Shown here: positions 48,271 through 60,830 of the stretch, piece by piece
Layout of the letters: every line of letters starts with the position of its first letter
How positions within the stretch are numbered: the stretch's first letter is position 1
Assembly: GCF_032191835.1 (NCBI RefSeq)
Contig: NC_083223.1
Location: 63,612,001-63,676,000, forward strand
Direction of reading: 5' to 3'
DNA: 64,000 nt
Origin: Heteronotia binoei
Lineage: Eukaryota
Made by a program: the position numbers and the translations under genes
Notes under the pieces: model-generated
The model's database searches: none
Told to the model about the DNA's origin: nothing
Seen by the model: the letters and a program-made list of their open reading frames with translations, nothing else

Positions 48271-49775
48271 TTATTCTGTATCCCCAAAGTCCCTATGTTC
48301 CTCAAAAAATCCCCTCTGGTCTTGGACATTGTTAATTGTAATCCTCTTTCCTTCCAATTCAAAGCTTAGACCTTCTGGTAATATCCATCTGTATCTCAAA
48401 CCTTTGTCATGTAGTTTATCAGTTAATTTCTTGTACAATCTTCTGTCATTTATGACCTTTCTTGGCAACTCTTTCATAATTCTTACTCTGCTTCCTTCTA
48501 CCTCCATTGCTTTTTCAAATTGTTTACTTAGAAGTTTTCCAACTATGTCTCTTGATACAAATCTTACTACCACATCTCTTGGTAGCTTATTTTTTTTTTG
48601 GCATACATTGAATTGACCCTATATATATAGTCATAGGAATAGCTAGATTGGTCAGGGTCCATCTCCAAAAATTCAGCAGTTATTTTTATTATATATGTCT
48701 TCAAGTCAAATTCTTCATTTTCAGGAACTCCTCTCAGAAGTACCTGGTTCTCCATTATCTTACAGTCTTGTAGAACTACTTTCTCCTGCAACTTAGTAAT
48801 CATGGAATCCTGATCTTTTAACTTATTTTCAACTATATGCACTTTATTTAATGTTGCTTGATGTCACGACTCGAGCCTCGGGTAGGCAACGGCTGCTGGC
48901 GTCCCGGCAGTCAGCCAGAACTCTTGCAGCCGGCTGAGGTTTTCAGGGAGGAGCACAGGCGTTATCTTAAACAGTCCAATTAGTCAAAACCATAAATCAG
49001 TCCGAGCCGAGGGATGAGACAGAGAGCGTAAACACAGGAATGCCGAGGGTCGGGTACCCAGAGGGAGCAAAGCCGAATGAAGTCAAATTACCAAAGCAAG
49101 TTCACAGAGCAGAGTCACAGTCCAGAGTTCCGAGGTCCAAGGTCCAAGCCGGGTCAGAAATATGCGGGTTCTCACAGGAGTCAAGAGGGTGCAGAGCGTG
49201 GTCACGTCCCAGGAGGATCGTTCGTTGCCAGCACAGTTTGCCAAAGGGCCAGGATTGCAGATATACTGTGCTGGCTTGTTAACCCATTAGTATGCTGGGC
49301 TTAGATCTCTTCTCCCCCGCATGCGTGCTTCACTCCTTCTGTTTCTAATCTCCTGCCGTCTCCTTTCACGGAGCCGGCTAACAGGTGGTGGAGATTCAGG
49401 AGGGGATGAGCTGGGGCCCGGCGTGGCCTGATCAGTTCCAGGTGGCTCCTGCTGCCGGCTTGCCTCCTCAGGACTTACGTCCAGGGCTGTTAAAGGCGCC
49501 TGCTCTGAGCTAGCAGGTGCTGAGTCAGGGGCAGGCATGACACTTGAGAGTCTTTGGAGATCCTCAATTTCTCTTTTAATTTCTGTCTTCACCGCTTCTG
49601 CACTTGATTTAATGTCTTTTCTTAATTCTTTAATATTTTCAGTTATTAATTCTTTCATCACTTTGACCAATCTGGCCTCCATGGCTTCAAGTTGTTCATT
49701 TACTTTGGCCATCTTTATCTCTTCCAAAGACCTGGCCCTCGGATGAAGCTTCGGTCCCCCCTTATGTTCAGACAT
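48271..49775 (-). pseudogene. L1 ORF1, split by a solo LTR and frameshifts
   Basis: Coiled-coil N-part (49775-49548) then LLRGVPE, YRVNS, PRDVVVRF, RIMKELP, YRWILPEGL. Confidence 0.88.
48862..49542 (-). mobile_element. Gypsy-type solo LTR, 681 bp (orientation tentative)
   Basis: Termini TGTCA...TGACA; perfect 5-bp TSD CTTGA (48857-48861, 49543-49547); CpG-rich. Confidence 0.92.
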
Positions 49776-50389
49776 TACTGTCCTCCCATTATAAATATAG
49801 GCTCCAATGTTGGTCTCTTCAAATCAGAATTGAAACACAGATTCTGAAACACGCCCTTTCCAATGAGCCCAAAATCGCCATTCTAGGAGCTTCCTAGCTC
49901 CAGATATTAATTTTTAAAGTTTTAATTTATTCAAAATGGCATCCGTGAGTTTTCCTGGCTCCTTTTTAAAACTTTTTTTCTTTTCTCTTTGGGCCCACAA
50001 AAATTAATTCTAATTATATAGTCCAATGTGTTTCACCTTATTATAGCAATATCTGCCGGCTCCACCAAGTTTTAAAGTCCCATTCTTCTTTTAAAAAATT
50101 TTCAATTTTTGACCATCCTTTAATGGCCACCAAAGTTTTTCTATGGTTATTTAGTCCTAGAGGGATCCAGGAAGTTGAAGACTTGACCTTCTTTCAATGG
50201 CTCCCTCCTGCTTTTCTTCCTGTTTTACTTCCTGCTTTTCTTGCCACGAAGTCCCGTTCTCTATGATCAGGTATTCTTGTGATGTTTACGCCACTTCCTG
50301 TGAGGTCTTCCAGTGCAGCAACTCTGTGACGATGGGGTTTTTTGCAGAAACAGCAAGTATTCCAAACATAATCTCCTGCCGATCTTACT

Positions 50390-50648
50390 CAGTTCCGCAG
50401 GGCCTGTAAGACAAGCCTCTTCCGGCTAGCCTACGCCTGACTAGATTAATGTAGTTTATCAGACTTTAGTGAAATATACGGTATAGTTTTAATGTTAAGA
50501 TTTTAAGGTTTTTAAATGCTTTGACTTTTTAATTGTAATAATTTTGCACTTTGTTTATTGTTTTATCGTTTGGTGTGAGCCGCCCTGAGCCATTTTATGG
50601 GAAGGGCGGGATATAAGTCATAGAATAAATAAATAAATAAATAAAATA
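50390..50648 (+). mobile_element. Short L2 3' fragment nested in the L1 5'UTR
   Basis: Begins cagttccgcagggcctgtaagac, matching about 46699-46745; (TAAA)n tail. Confidence 0.85.
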
Positions 50649-51754
50649 AGTTGTTTTTTTTACTTTTAACTTGGCTTCTTAGATCCTAATAGTCCCAAAA
50701 TTACCCCCTTCCCTTCTTCTTAACTTTAGAAAGTTGTAGTTAGTTCCAAATTTTAATCCTTATTTCCCAAATAGCTTGTTTTAGTCCCGGAGTGATAGAC
50801 AACGATCTTCTTACCTTGGGATCAAATATATCTGCTTTAACACCATCCTTTCTGAAGATAAATGAGTAGATACTCAGTAGAGAAAAGTAGGTAGTTGGCG
50901 TTGAAATCACATTCTCTGCCCAAAAACAAAGGCTCTGGTCCGCTCCTCTTATGGAGAAGCGTCCTAACTCTCCATGATCCAGCCCCGGAAGTCACTACAG
51001 CACAGACATTGCCTCCAGATTTTGATGCAATAATTCTGAACAAGAGATGACAGCTATCAGAAATTGTTAAGCATATTTTATTTTAAGTAATAACAAATGA
51101 GTTCAGCACCCCTCTCCCATTGGGACTAAAAAGAGGGTTATAGATTTATAAAAACCATGCTATAAAGACTAGTAAAATACATATAATAATTTTTAAACAT
51201 TTGCCTTATAAAATGACTGCATAGTAAGGGTCCACTGATTGCATTTGAAGAAGTGGGCTTGAGTTCACAAAAGCGTATGCTAGGATCGAAATGGCTGTTA
51301 GTCTTTATTGTCAGAGAAGCAATAATGGCCTTTCTGAATCTGTTCGGCTATTGTTTGCCCACATGCTTTCACCTGGTAGCTGCCACCACCTGTTCCTTCA
51401 GGATCCACACCTGGACATTCTGGGGATGATACAAACTCTTTTAATACAACAAGCTTTGACTTTATTTGGGGAAAGCAGAGTAAGAAGCATGGTAGATGTA
51501 ATTACTTGGAGGAGAAGAACAAAAAATAATGATTTCAAATACACACACAGGAGAATGTAAAACAGAGCTACAATAATGCATAAAACTGACACAGCGTGCC
51601 TAAATTGGGTCTTAGTGTAATGGTTTACAGGTTTCACAGATCTTGAACCATATTAGCTAAACATGGGCTTATTCCACATGGGGTCTTATCTTCCTTTGCT
51701 TGGTCTTGGAAAAGGTGATAATCACTCCTGCTTCAGGGCTTCATCAGTTGTGTT

Positions 51755-51958
51755 CACAGCTTTTTTGTAGAAAAAACCCAGAACAAACTCATTTGCATAT
51801 TAGGCCACACCCCTGACATTACCATTGTTTCACACAAGGTTCTTTTATATAGAAAAAGCCCAGCTCGAACTCATTTGCACATTAGGCCACACCCCTTGAT
51901 GCCAAGCCAGTCGGAACTGCATTCCTATGTGTTCCTGCTAAAAAAAAAAAAAGCCCTG
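51755..51958. mobile_element. hAT MITE, CAGGGCTTTTT family, two internal units
   Basis: TSD GTTGTGTT/GTTGTGTC; duplicated gaactcatttgca(t/c)attaggccacaccc unit. Confidence 0.88.
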
Positions 51959-53191
51959 GTTGTGTCACAACCACACCTCCTTGCACAGATCAGTGTACTA
52001 GCTGATACTAAGTTATTCCTTTTTGGAAGAGAAATCGTGTGACTACTTTTGGAGCTTTGTGTTTTGCTTTCTTGTTCGCACTTTTACTAGAGAGGCTGCT
52101 CAAATGAATTGCCTGATATTGGAGCTTCATTAAAACAGGGAATCATCAGGACCCGAACAGGCCTTATGACAAATACCCCATAAGATTCCTGTTTACAGGA
52201 AAATATTTCCTTCCTAAAAACAGTCATCCTGTAACAAATTTTGATTTATTCTGAGGGCCTGTTGATTTCACTGAAACAAAAACCATGACATAAGAAAAAT
52301 AACACAGAATAAAGTCCAAATTCTTATTTATTTTTTTAGTACACCTGTAATTAGGAGCAGTATCTGGCACATCATGGAATCTGAAGGATGACTAATAACA
52401 ACTCTAATCTAAGCCTTTGCTTTTAAGATACTGCTTTTTCCACCAGGAAACCATGAGAGAGTTGTAGTTAGTCAGACCCCAGCTAGTTTACGCAGAATCA
52501 TCCCACTTAGATAAATGGTGGGAATTTTGTAATACTCCAGACTGGGTTGAAAAAGCCTCTTCCGTTGTTGCTGTCTGCATGTGGGATGATGTTAGTGTTG
52601 GATATAGGGAGGCCAATGGCCCTGAAGAAAAATTGTACAGAGGGCTAATGTGTGAAAACAGGCAGCTGAAGGAAGTAAATAACATCCTATTAAATATCTT
52701 TTAAAATAACAGTATGTTTTTTTCTCTAGGTGGTTGGCAAACCTAGACATACCATGTACTCATAGGCTTGTAAGTACTATTTCAGATGGGCAGCAATATT
52801 AATTTGTTACAGCAAAACAAATCTTGTAGCTTCTTAAAGATTTGCTTACTTAATCTATTTCCTAATAGTGAAGTCAGCCACATCTTTGGATACTTAAATC
52901 CAGTGTCTCGAGCTGTGAATAGGCAAGACAGATCTTTCTACAAACTTGAAAAGGGCCCCAGGTTTGTAGAAAACTTTGAAATCTTAAAAAAAAAGTACAT
53001 GGGGCCCCTGGGGGTATAAAAATGATAAAAGGAGTGACTGCGGCTTTAAGCAACAGCTTCCATCAGTGGCTGTTGCTAGGCTACCAGAAAACTGCAAGCT
53101 CTGGTCTTTTAGTAAAAAGCAGTGAGAAAGGCAGGGGCCTTTTCAGGCCTAATTTGGCCTTGACGGAGGACTCCTTGGAGCTGGGCCTGGC

Positions 53192-53729
53192 AAGTGTTAC
53201 CAGCTGTAGGTGGGTAGTTCATGGAGATTTTGTGGTAAACTCTGAGAAGGACAAAGAGGCCCCGTGGCACAGAGTGGTAAAGCAGCAGTACTGCAGTACT
53301 GTGGTCTGAACTCTCTGCTCACGACCTGAGTTCGATTCCAGCGGAAGCTAGATTCAGGTAGCTGGCCCAAGGTTGACTCAGCCTTCCATCCTTCCGAGGT
53401 CGGTAAAATGACTACCCAGCTTGTTGGGGGGAAAGTGTAAAAGACTGGGGAAGGCAATGGCAAACCACCCCGTAAAAAGTCTGCCATGAAAACATTGTGA
53501 AAACAATTTTACCCCAGAGTTGGAAACGACTGGTGCTTGCACAGGGGACCTTTCCTTTCCTTTCTGAGAAGGGCAGGGTGTGAGAAGGGGAGAGGCCTCA
53601 GCCAAATATAATGCCATAGAGTTCATTTTCCAAAGCAGGCATTTTCTCCAGTGGACAGATCTGTATTGTCTGGAGTTCAGTTGTAATTTTGAGATCTCTC
53701 CAGGTTCCACCTGGAGGTTGGTAACCCTA
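53192..53729. mobile_element. hAT-Blackjack-like MITE interrupted by a Sauria SINE
   Basis: Degenerate left TIR, right TIR gttggtaacccta, family internal motifs. Confidence 0.65.
53254..53562 (+). mobile_element. Full-length Sauria SINE
   Basis: tRNA-like head (gtggcacagagtgg, gagttcgattcc), BovB-type tail, (ACCTTT/CCTTT)n end; about 13-bp TSD TCTGAGAAGG(A/G)CA. Confidence 0.9.
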
Positions 53730-54293
53730 AGTGTGGCAGCACATGACATACCAAGGCATGGGAAGGAAACAACAGTAGCTTTCACAAGAGAGGGTAAGTA
53801 TACATGAACTGTTTGTGGACACTGGGTGTAAATGCGTCTTATATTTCTGTGGTTTACTATGTAAGGGTGCTGCCTGGTAACCTTGTGTGTCAGGATTCAA
53901 ACCCAGGCAACTCAAAAGGAAAGACAAAAGCTTTTCGTTCAGTATTAAGACTCATAAAACTGCACAGACATGTTTTAAAGTCAAGTATTACAACACTGAA
54001 AAATGACTGCTTCTCCTTAATAATGTTTTCTAGGAAATTAGTCTCCCTGAATTCCACAGGATTCACCTTCTAGAAAGCATGATTAAAATTGCAGCCTTAA
54101 GTGAAATATAAAAAGTGTCCTCTTTCCAATACGACTTGCTTCTGAGTGGGCAATTAATTGGGAAGAAAGCCAGGATATAAATGAAGTAAATAAATACTTA
54201 TTAAAAAGTAGCACAAGATCCATTTACGGAACTTCTGAATCACATTTTGTCTGTCTCTGAGAAAGAACTGGGAAATATAACTTTAGTTTTTGT

Positions 54294-54462
54294 CAGCGGT
54301 CGTTTTGTAGAACAATAGGTGGTGGAGCTCATCCAGGGATTGTTATTCAGCTGCAATACTATTCAATGGACAAGGATGTAGAACTCTCAGAAGGAGGAGA
54401 CGGAACTCTCAGAAAGGTTCAGGAGCTGTGCTCCTGTGAGCTCCCACTGAATCTGAGGCCTG
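54294..54462. mobile_element. hAT MITE, short member of the CAGGGGTCATTTTG family
   Basis: Perfect TSD GTTTTTGT; reverse complement of 5112-5258 plus a small internal duplication. Confidence 0.88.
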
Positions 54463-54485
54463 GTTTTTGTGGAACAAACACCACT

Positions 54486-54655
54486 TAGGGCGAGCCCTGC
54501 CATTAGGCAAACAAGGCAATTGCTTAGGGCGCTGGTCTTCAGGGGGTGCTGAATTGGGTGCCTCCCATGTGATTTGGTGATGTTATTAGTGTGGAGGGGG
54601 GGGGTGCCAGAAGTTAGTTTTGCTTAGGGTGCCAGACAGTCTAGGGCCGGCCCTG
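54486..54655. mobile_element. hAT-Tip100-like MITE
   Basis: TIRs tagggcgagccct / agggccggccctg; TSD not recovered. Confidence 0.65.
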
Positions 54656-57600
54656 CTTATACTCTTAACAGTCCTGTCTTATCAAGTGATCTGCACAGGA
54701 TTGAGTTGTAATAGTACCTTTGCCTGCTGAGCAAAGGAACAAACTATGCTAATCTGAATTTATTCAGAAAAAAAGATAAATCATACACCAAATAGAGGTG
54801 AATGTACTATGTAACTGCCTTGATTGTTGTCTACAACTAAAAGGATAAATAGTGGCTCTGGGGTAACAATATATATTGAGTGGCCTCAACTGCATCCACC
54901 TCTTTTTTTATTGACATATCACTAAAGTTGTCTTAGAATTTAGACACTTTAGGATTCATCTACAACTCCCACTGCTAACTCAGGCAGTTACATCAGGGTC
55001 AGAGTTTCCTATTAAAGTAAGTGTTAGTGTTTGGTTACTATGGTGAGGAAAGAAAAATTTGAAGACATAAATTGTGTAATACCACAGAAATGTCTGAAGC
55101 TTGGTAAAACAGATTTGGGGAGTATGAAGAATGCCTTTTTCTTTAGAGGTTTGAAATGAGCAAAACCTTCACTTTTTAATGCTTTTTCCCTCTCTCTGGG
55201 CAGAGAACAGGCAGGAAGAGGGGAAGTCAGTTCAATTGCTTTCCAGGTGTACCTTAGCCCACTTTAATTCAAATGCTAATAGATCTAACAGGAGAGATAA
55301 TCGGTAAGTCACACTCTCCCCCTTCTCTGAGCAGGGAATGGAGGTTTGGAAGACTGGACTAAAAAGGTTCCAAGAAGGAAATCCAAATGTTAAATAATTA
55401 ATTGTCATCCTACTCTCCTTCTAGCTTTAGCTCAGTTTGTTAGCAAGCAAATTGATGTAGTTTCATAGTTATCTTTCCAAGGATCTCAGAAGGCTGAAGA
55501 GGCAGGATTTTCCCAGGCTTGTGGGTCTCTCAACCAGTGGTGGCCAAACCATGGCTCTTTCACATATATTGTGTGGCTCCCAGAGGTCAAGGAGGAACTT
55601 AATGCAGGTTTACTCTCAAGTAGGCATGCTTAGCATTGGGACCTCAATCAGCCTCTGAGCACTGACCCATAGGTAAGCAACTGTTTCTGCTGTGTATGAA
55701 GCAGGAAAGGAGGGGAAAATAGGCAGGCTTGCAAGCTCTTCTCCTCTCCCCCCAGAGGTCCCCAGGAGATCTAGTGCAGGGGAAAAGCGCAAGAGCTGAG
55801 GGGGCCACTGGAAAAAGGGACAGAATTAAAGATGGTGGTGCAGTGTTCCCCCTTAGTTTCATAGCTCTTGTAGGAGCTGTATTTATGAACCTTGGTGTCA
55901 AGGCAATGAGAAATGCATAATGATGCAAACAATGGTCAGTGATTTATATGGTATATATGTGTTTCTTTCTCCCACTGGTTCAAAAAAATAATTCCCTGAA
56001 CCTTTCCCTATGCTGGTCTTATGGGGACTGTTATTCCCAGCTTTTGGTTTAAAAAAGTCTACTAGCATGATTGTGTTGTAAAGTACATATTCTATGTGGC
56101 TTTTACATCAAGTAAGTTTTCCACCCCTCAAACCTCAGACTCCTGAGAATTAGGGGACGGCAAGCTGAGGATAGGGTTTTGGAGGCCTCAGGACATCTCC
56201 AAATATGAGGACCTTAAACAGAAAGGCTACTTCTGGCCTGCTGAAAAGCTGTTACCAAATCTATTTTCCTCCTGGACTTTTCTACATTTCTGTTGGACAG
56301 GTACCATAGTGGCATGACACTCTTAAGAGGTGGAGACAGAGGTGTGACTTAATTTCGCCCTCATTCATTGTTTACTTCAGCACCCAGGGGACCAAAACTC
56401 CATACCCATAACATCTTCCCAGTAATACTAACATGTTGGTCTGAGTTCTGGTCTTGTTTGTCAGAGTTGCAGAGGTTCACCTGCTTCCCAGGCACTTTTT
56501 GCTTTGTCAGCAATCAGGAGTACATTCTGGGGCTTTCCAGTATTTTCAGGCTGGGAGTTCAAGGAAAATAACATGATTGTGTGCTAACAGTTAGGGAGGG
56601 GCTTTCCACCCCTCATGTGTGAAAACCTATTTCTGTATAATCAGATTCTCATGGGATCTCAGCAGATGCTTATCTTAGCACAGCTGGCAAAGTTAATATC
56701 CCAGCGACATACCAGTTTCTGGGCACCTTCAGCTGTAGCCACAAATTTTCTCAAAGCCATTGGCGCAATGGCACAAAATAGGATCAAAAATCCAGCAATC
56801 CATGCTTCTTTTCTTCCCATAGTATCGAGTCAAACATAATTGACATTCTCTCATGAGTGAGGTCTTCTTGTTCCATTTGGACAAGCTTTAGGCAAATTTT
56901 GGGCAAGTTGCTCCCTTAACTAAAGTTTTCTTTTAATAGTAAGAGGTGCTTTCCCAGTGTTTACTGCTGTGATTAGATGTTCCCCGTGGAATGCATAGCA
57001 ATCACTCGTAGCAAAAGTCACAATTTCTGATGGCAAACTACACGGAGTCAGGGTCTGAAATCCATTTTGTTCAAAGATGGAGGCTGTAACTAGGCCAATT
57101 TAGGGCCAAAAAGATACTGGATTAATATTGCCTACACATTAAATAAGTGTACATGAATAGTTAAGAAACCATCATCTGGCTATATCTGTCTTCACATTGC
57201 AGGAATCTAACATGCTTATGCAAAAGGCGGCGGGGGGCGGGGAGCTTCTCCTGGCTTCTTAGCTTTAGATGAGCCCTTCTCTCATGAGCCCAGACATTTT
57301 CAGCCTGGGCTGTTTCTTTTAACAATGACAGTTGGTGCTAGAGAGCTAGTCAGAGCTCATTGCATATCTGATGTGCACTGTAAGAGAGAGATTCTGGTCA
57401 GCTTTTTATAGGAACATAAATTATTTTTGAAGAGCTACCAAAATATGTATTAAAAACAGATTACCAATACTGAAAAAAATATTGCTTAATACACACGAAT
57501 ATCGAAGCACTATAATAAATACCCACATAATTGTTAATAACACAAAGCCCACAATAAGCAAAGATGTGTGAAATAAGAATAGTTTTAATTTGCAAGTAAA

Positions 57601-58101
57601 TCTACGGAGGACTGCAAGTAGATGTTCTTTATTTTAGACTCCCCCTTTTCTCCCTCCATTATAATCTGATGTCCACAGTGGGAATAGATTCCCCTCTCCT
57701 CACACATTAAAAACCGCAAAGCCTTCATCTCTGTTGTGGTACTCAGGCTGAGGGAAAAGAACTTTATATATATATATATATACCTCATTCAGGACAGTCA
57801 GTAATTTTTCTTCCCAGTGCTGGAAAAAGGGCTTTACTCCCTGCCCCGCTTGAGGCCAGCCAGTGTGTTTTCATCCCAGGTACTGCTGCTTGGGGTGGAA
57901 AGCAGCCAGATGGCTGGGGAGGGTGGTGGGGGAGGAAGGGATTTACTCCTTCAGCCAGCCTGCCTACATTTGTCCTGGGCACTGCTGTCTGGGACAGAAA
58001 GTAGCTGGCTGGCAGAGGCTTCTACCTCCAAATCAGCCAGCTTGATTTGCTCCCCAGACAGCTGCAGCCGCAGCACAGGAACAAGACAGTGCCAGCAGGT
58101 T

Positions 58102-58473
58102 TGCTACACAAATCTGTGGTCCAAGCGTCTTAGCCCAATAAAGACATGCAGCTGAAGTCCAGGTGAGAGGAAAGAGAATTTATTGCAATGAAAATGAGAG
58201 CAGAGCTAAGCCAAGGCCTGCAAACCAAGATTGTCAAAACCTTATATACTCTTGATGATGACATGTTGGCACATACACCTACTAATTGGCTGTAACATCT
58301 ATTATAATTGCATTGTGAGAGTCAGCTACACATTCCTAATACATTTTACCAAGTATGCATCAGCTCATTGGCTACAAGTTGTGGTGCAGCAAGAAATGTA
58401 TGCCTGCACCTTGACCAGTTAAATCTGGTTTGGAGTCTTAAGAACCCCCTACTTCTACTGTTACTTAGAAACA
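58102..58473 (-). mobile_element. Possible solo LTR
   Basis: Minus strand shows TG start, CCAAT, CCAAT, TATATAA, AATAAA and CA end in LTR order; no TSD found. Confidence 0.35.
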
Positions 58474-59414
58474 CAGTAGAAATGCATTAAGGCACAGTAA
58501 AAGTTATGTTTCTATTACAGATAGCAACAGAATATTAGCTGCCCTGGTATAAGCAGCTGTGCTGCAAGACCAACTCTTCTGCTTTCGTCTCAGTGTTACT
58601 TAAGCAGGCCTGTGGCCTTCCCAACTAAAGCTGTCTCCCAGAGGTTCAAACAGGATATTACTTTTCCTTTCCCTCTCGTGCTGGCCACTATTTTCTCCCT
58701 CTCTGTAGCAGCACCACTTAGGGCAGGAAGAAGCTTGGGGTTCAAGGTAGCTAGCTTACTTTTGTCCCAGACTGCATCAGCAATGCTCGGGACAAAACAG
58801 CCTACCAACAGGTTTGGGTAGGTTTCTCTCCCCCCCCCCCTTTTCTCTTGTTCAGGCCTGCTGTGTTTTTCTGCTGATGGGCTATACTGCTCTAGAGTGC
58901 CTGTAACCAGAGCAAGCCTACTAGCTTGCACAGCAGTAGGTTTTTCTGTCTCCTACCTCTCCTCTTCAAAGCCAAACAGGTAGGAAGGGAGAATAATGGC
59001 CAAGGCCTTGGGCAACTGACATTCAGAAATGAAGATCTGTGTGCTGAGGCTGCCATGGCCTCCGATGCAATGTTGTTTTCTATCTGCAGGGCCAATAAGA
59101 ACTCTTCTGGCTAACCCAAAGCCTTGCTTGGCACAAGCTGCTCTTGGCGCTACCCACTTCCCGAAAAAGCTTGGCAGGTCCCAGAAAAGGTGTCCGCATG
59201 GGCATGGCATTCACAGGCTATGTGCTGGGGATCCCTGGATTATAAGGAATTTAGCTTTTGTCCACTGTGACTTAGTTTATCCTATGTGCCAAAAGGAATG
59301 CTAATGTTTTTCAAGGAGTAGATCTATCCTCTCCCTTTTGGCTGCACACCTTAATGTAGTGTGGAGATTTGTGTGTGTCAGTGAAGCTGAGAACAATACC
59401 ATAAACTCTTAGAG

Positions 59415-59726
59415 CAGGGGTGGCCAAACTTGCTTAACGGAAGAGCAACATAGAATAAATGCCAGATGTCTGAGAGCCGCAAGACATGAACATCAGATAT
59501 TTGAGAGCTGCAAGGAAGGGAAGGGAGGAAGGGAGGGAGGAAGGAAGGAAAATAGATGGGGAGAGAGGAGGAAGAGAGAAGTGAAAAGAAAGCAACTTTA
59601 ACTTTAAATGCAATGATTTAAAGAGAGAAATGCCTTCTACAAGCCATCTGACAGGGCTGTGGGGGCCTCAAGAGCCACACAATGTATGTGAAGGAGCCAC
59701 ATGTGGCTTGGGCTTGGCCACCCCTG
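59415..59726. mobile_element. hAT MITE, CAGGGGTGGCCAAAC family, 312 bp
   Basis: TIRs caggggtggccaa / ttggccacccctg; perfect TSD TCTTAGAG; internal GGAA-rich tract. Confidence 0.92.
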
Positions 59727-59802
59727 TCTTAGAGTCATTCAGGAGAAATGCATGCATGCAAAAATAAAGTCCAAAGCATTCGATGCTCATAATAGGAAAA
59801 TG

Positions 59803-59978
59803 AAAGGCTTTTTTGGTAGAAAATGTCCAGCAGGAACTTATTTGCATATTAGGCCACACCCCTGGTGTCACCATTGTTTCACATGGGGCTTTTGTAGAAA
59901 AAGCCCAAGAGGAATTAATTTGCATATTAGGCCAGTCGGAACTGCATTCCTGTGCCTTCCTGCTCAAAAAAAGCCCTG
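59803..59978. mobile_element. hAT MITE, CAGGGCTTTTT family, two internal units
   Basis: Perfect TSD GGAAAATG. Confidence 0.9.
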
Positions 59979-60149
59979 GGAAAATGGAATGTGAGAAGTA
60001 TTAATCAAGGTAAGCTTGAAGTTATAAAATGATAAACGAAACGTTTAAACATTACAAGTCTGGGAGTGAGTAAAAAAAAGTGGATCGGACTAGAACATTT
60101 TCAGTCAGAAAATTACAAAGTTTTACTTGGGAATGACAAACACCGAAGA

Positions 60150-60830
60150 AATTGAGTTGCTCTAATAATGAGACAAGACGTAGCACAGAGAGTAACTCTG
60201 AATAATATCAATCAGACTTCATGGAAAGACTATCAGTGTAACCATCCTTCAAGTCTACTCCCCGACTATAGAGGCTAAGTGATAAATTGAAAGTTTTAGT
60301 GCAAGTTTCCAGGAAGAAATTTATACACCTAAGCAAGATGTGCTGATCATAAATAGGTGACTGGAACTCAAAAATAGGAAGCAAAGCAGAATCAAATATT
60401 GTTGTAAGAGTTGGACTAGGAGCACAAAATGAAGCAGGAGAGCGACTCATAAATTCTGTGAAGACAACTATTCATTCATTACAAACACTTCAGGCAATCA
60501 ACAGAAAATTATATACATGAACATCACCAGACAGCAAATATAGAAATCAAATAGATTACATAATTGCAAGCAGAAGGGGGAGAAGCTCTATTCTTTCTGC
60601 TAAAACAAGACCAGGAGCTGATTATGGTACAAACCATGAACTGTTAATATTGAAAGTTTTAATAAAGCTGAAGAAAAATACCAAAACATTAATAGTGCCA
60701 ATATACAATCTAAGCAACATTCCTGATGTGTTTAAAGATTATATAAAGGACAGATTTGAATTACTAAATTCAAATGAATGTGAACCAGAAGAACTAAGGA
60801 TTGAAATCAGAGAGGATTTAAATACAGAAC
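60150..60830 (+). mobile_element. RTE/BovB-like LINE fragment, endonuclease region, decayed
   Basis: Remnants GDWNSKIG, GLGAQNEAGERL, TSPD..YRNQIDYI, AKTRPGADYGTNHELL. Confidence 0.85.

Larger units (their letters stand above)
44162..50993 (-). mobile_element. 5'-complete L1 LINE (lizard type), dead, with three nested insertions
   Basis: 18-bp TSD ACTACAGCACAGACATTG at 44144-44161 and 50994-51011; 5' end GACTTCCGG; ORF1 and ORF2 remnants; AATAAA near the 3' end. Confidence 0.95.
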
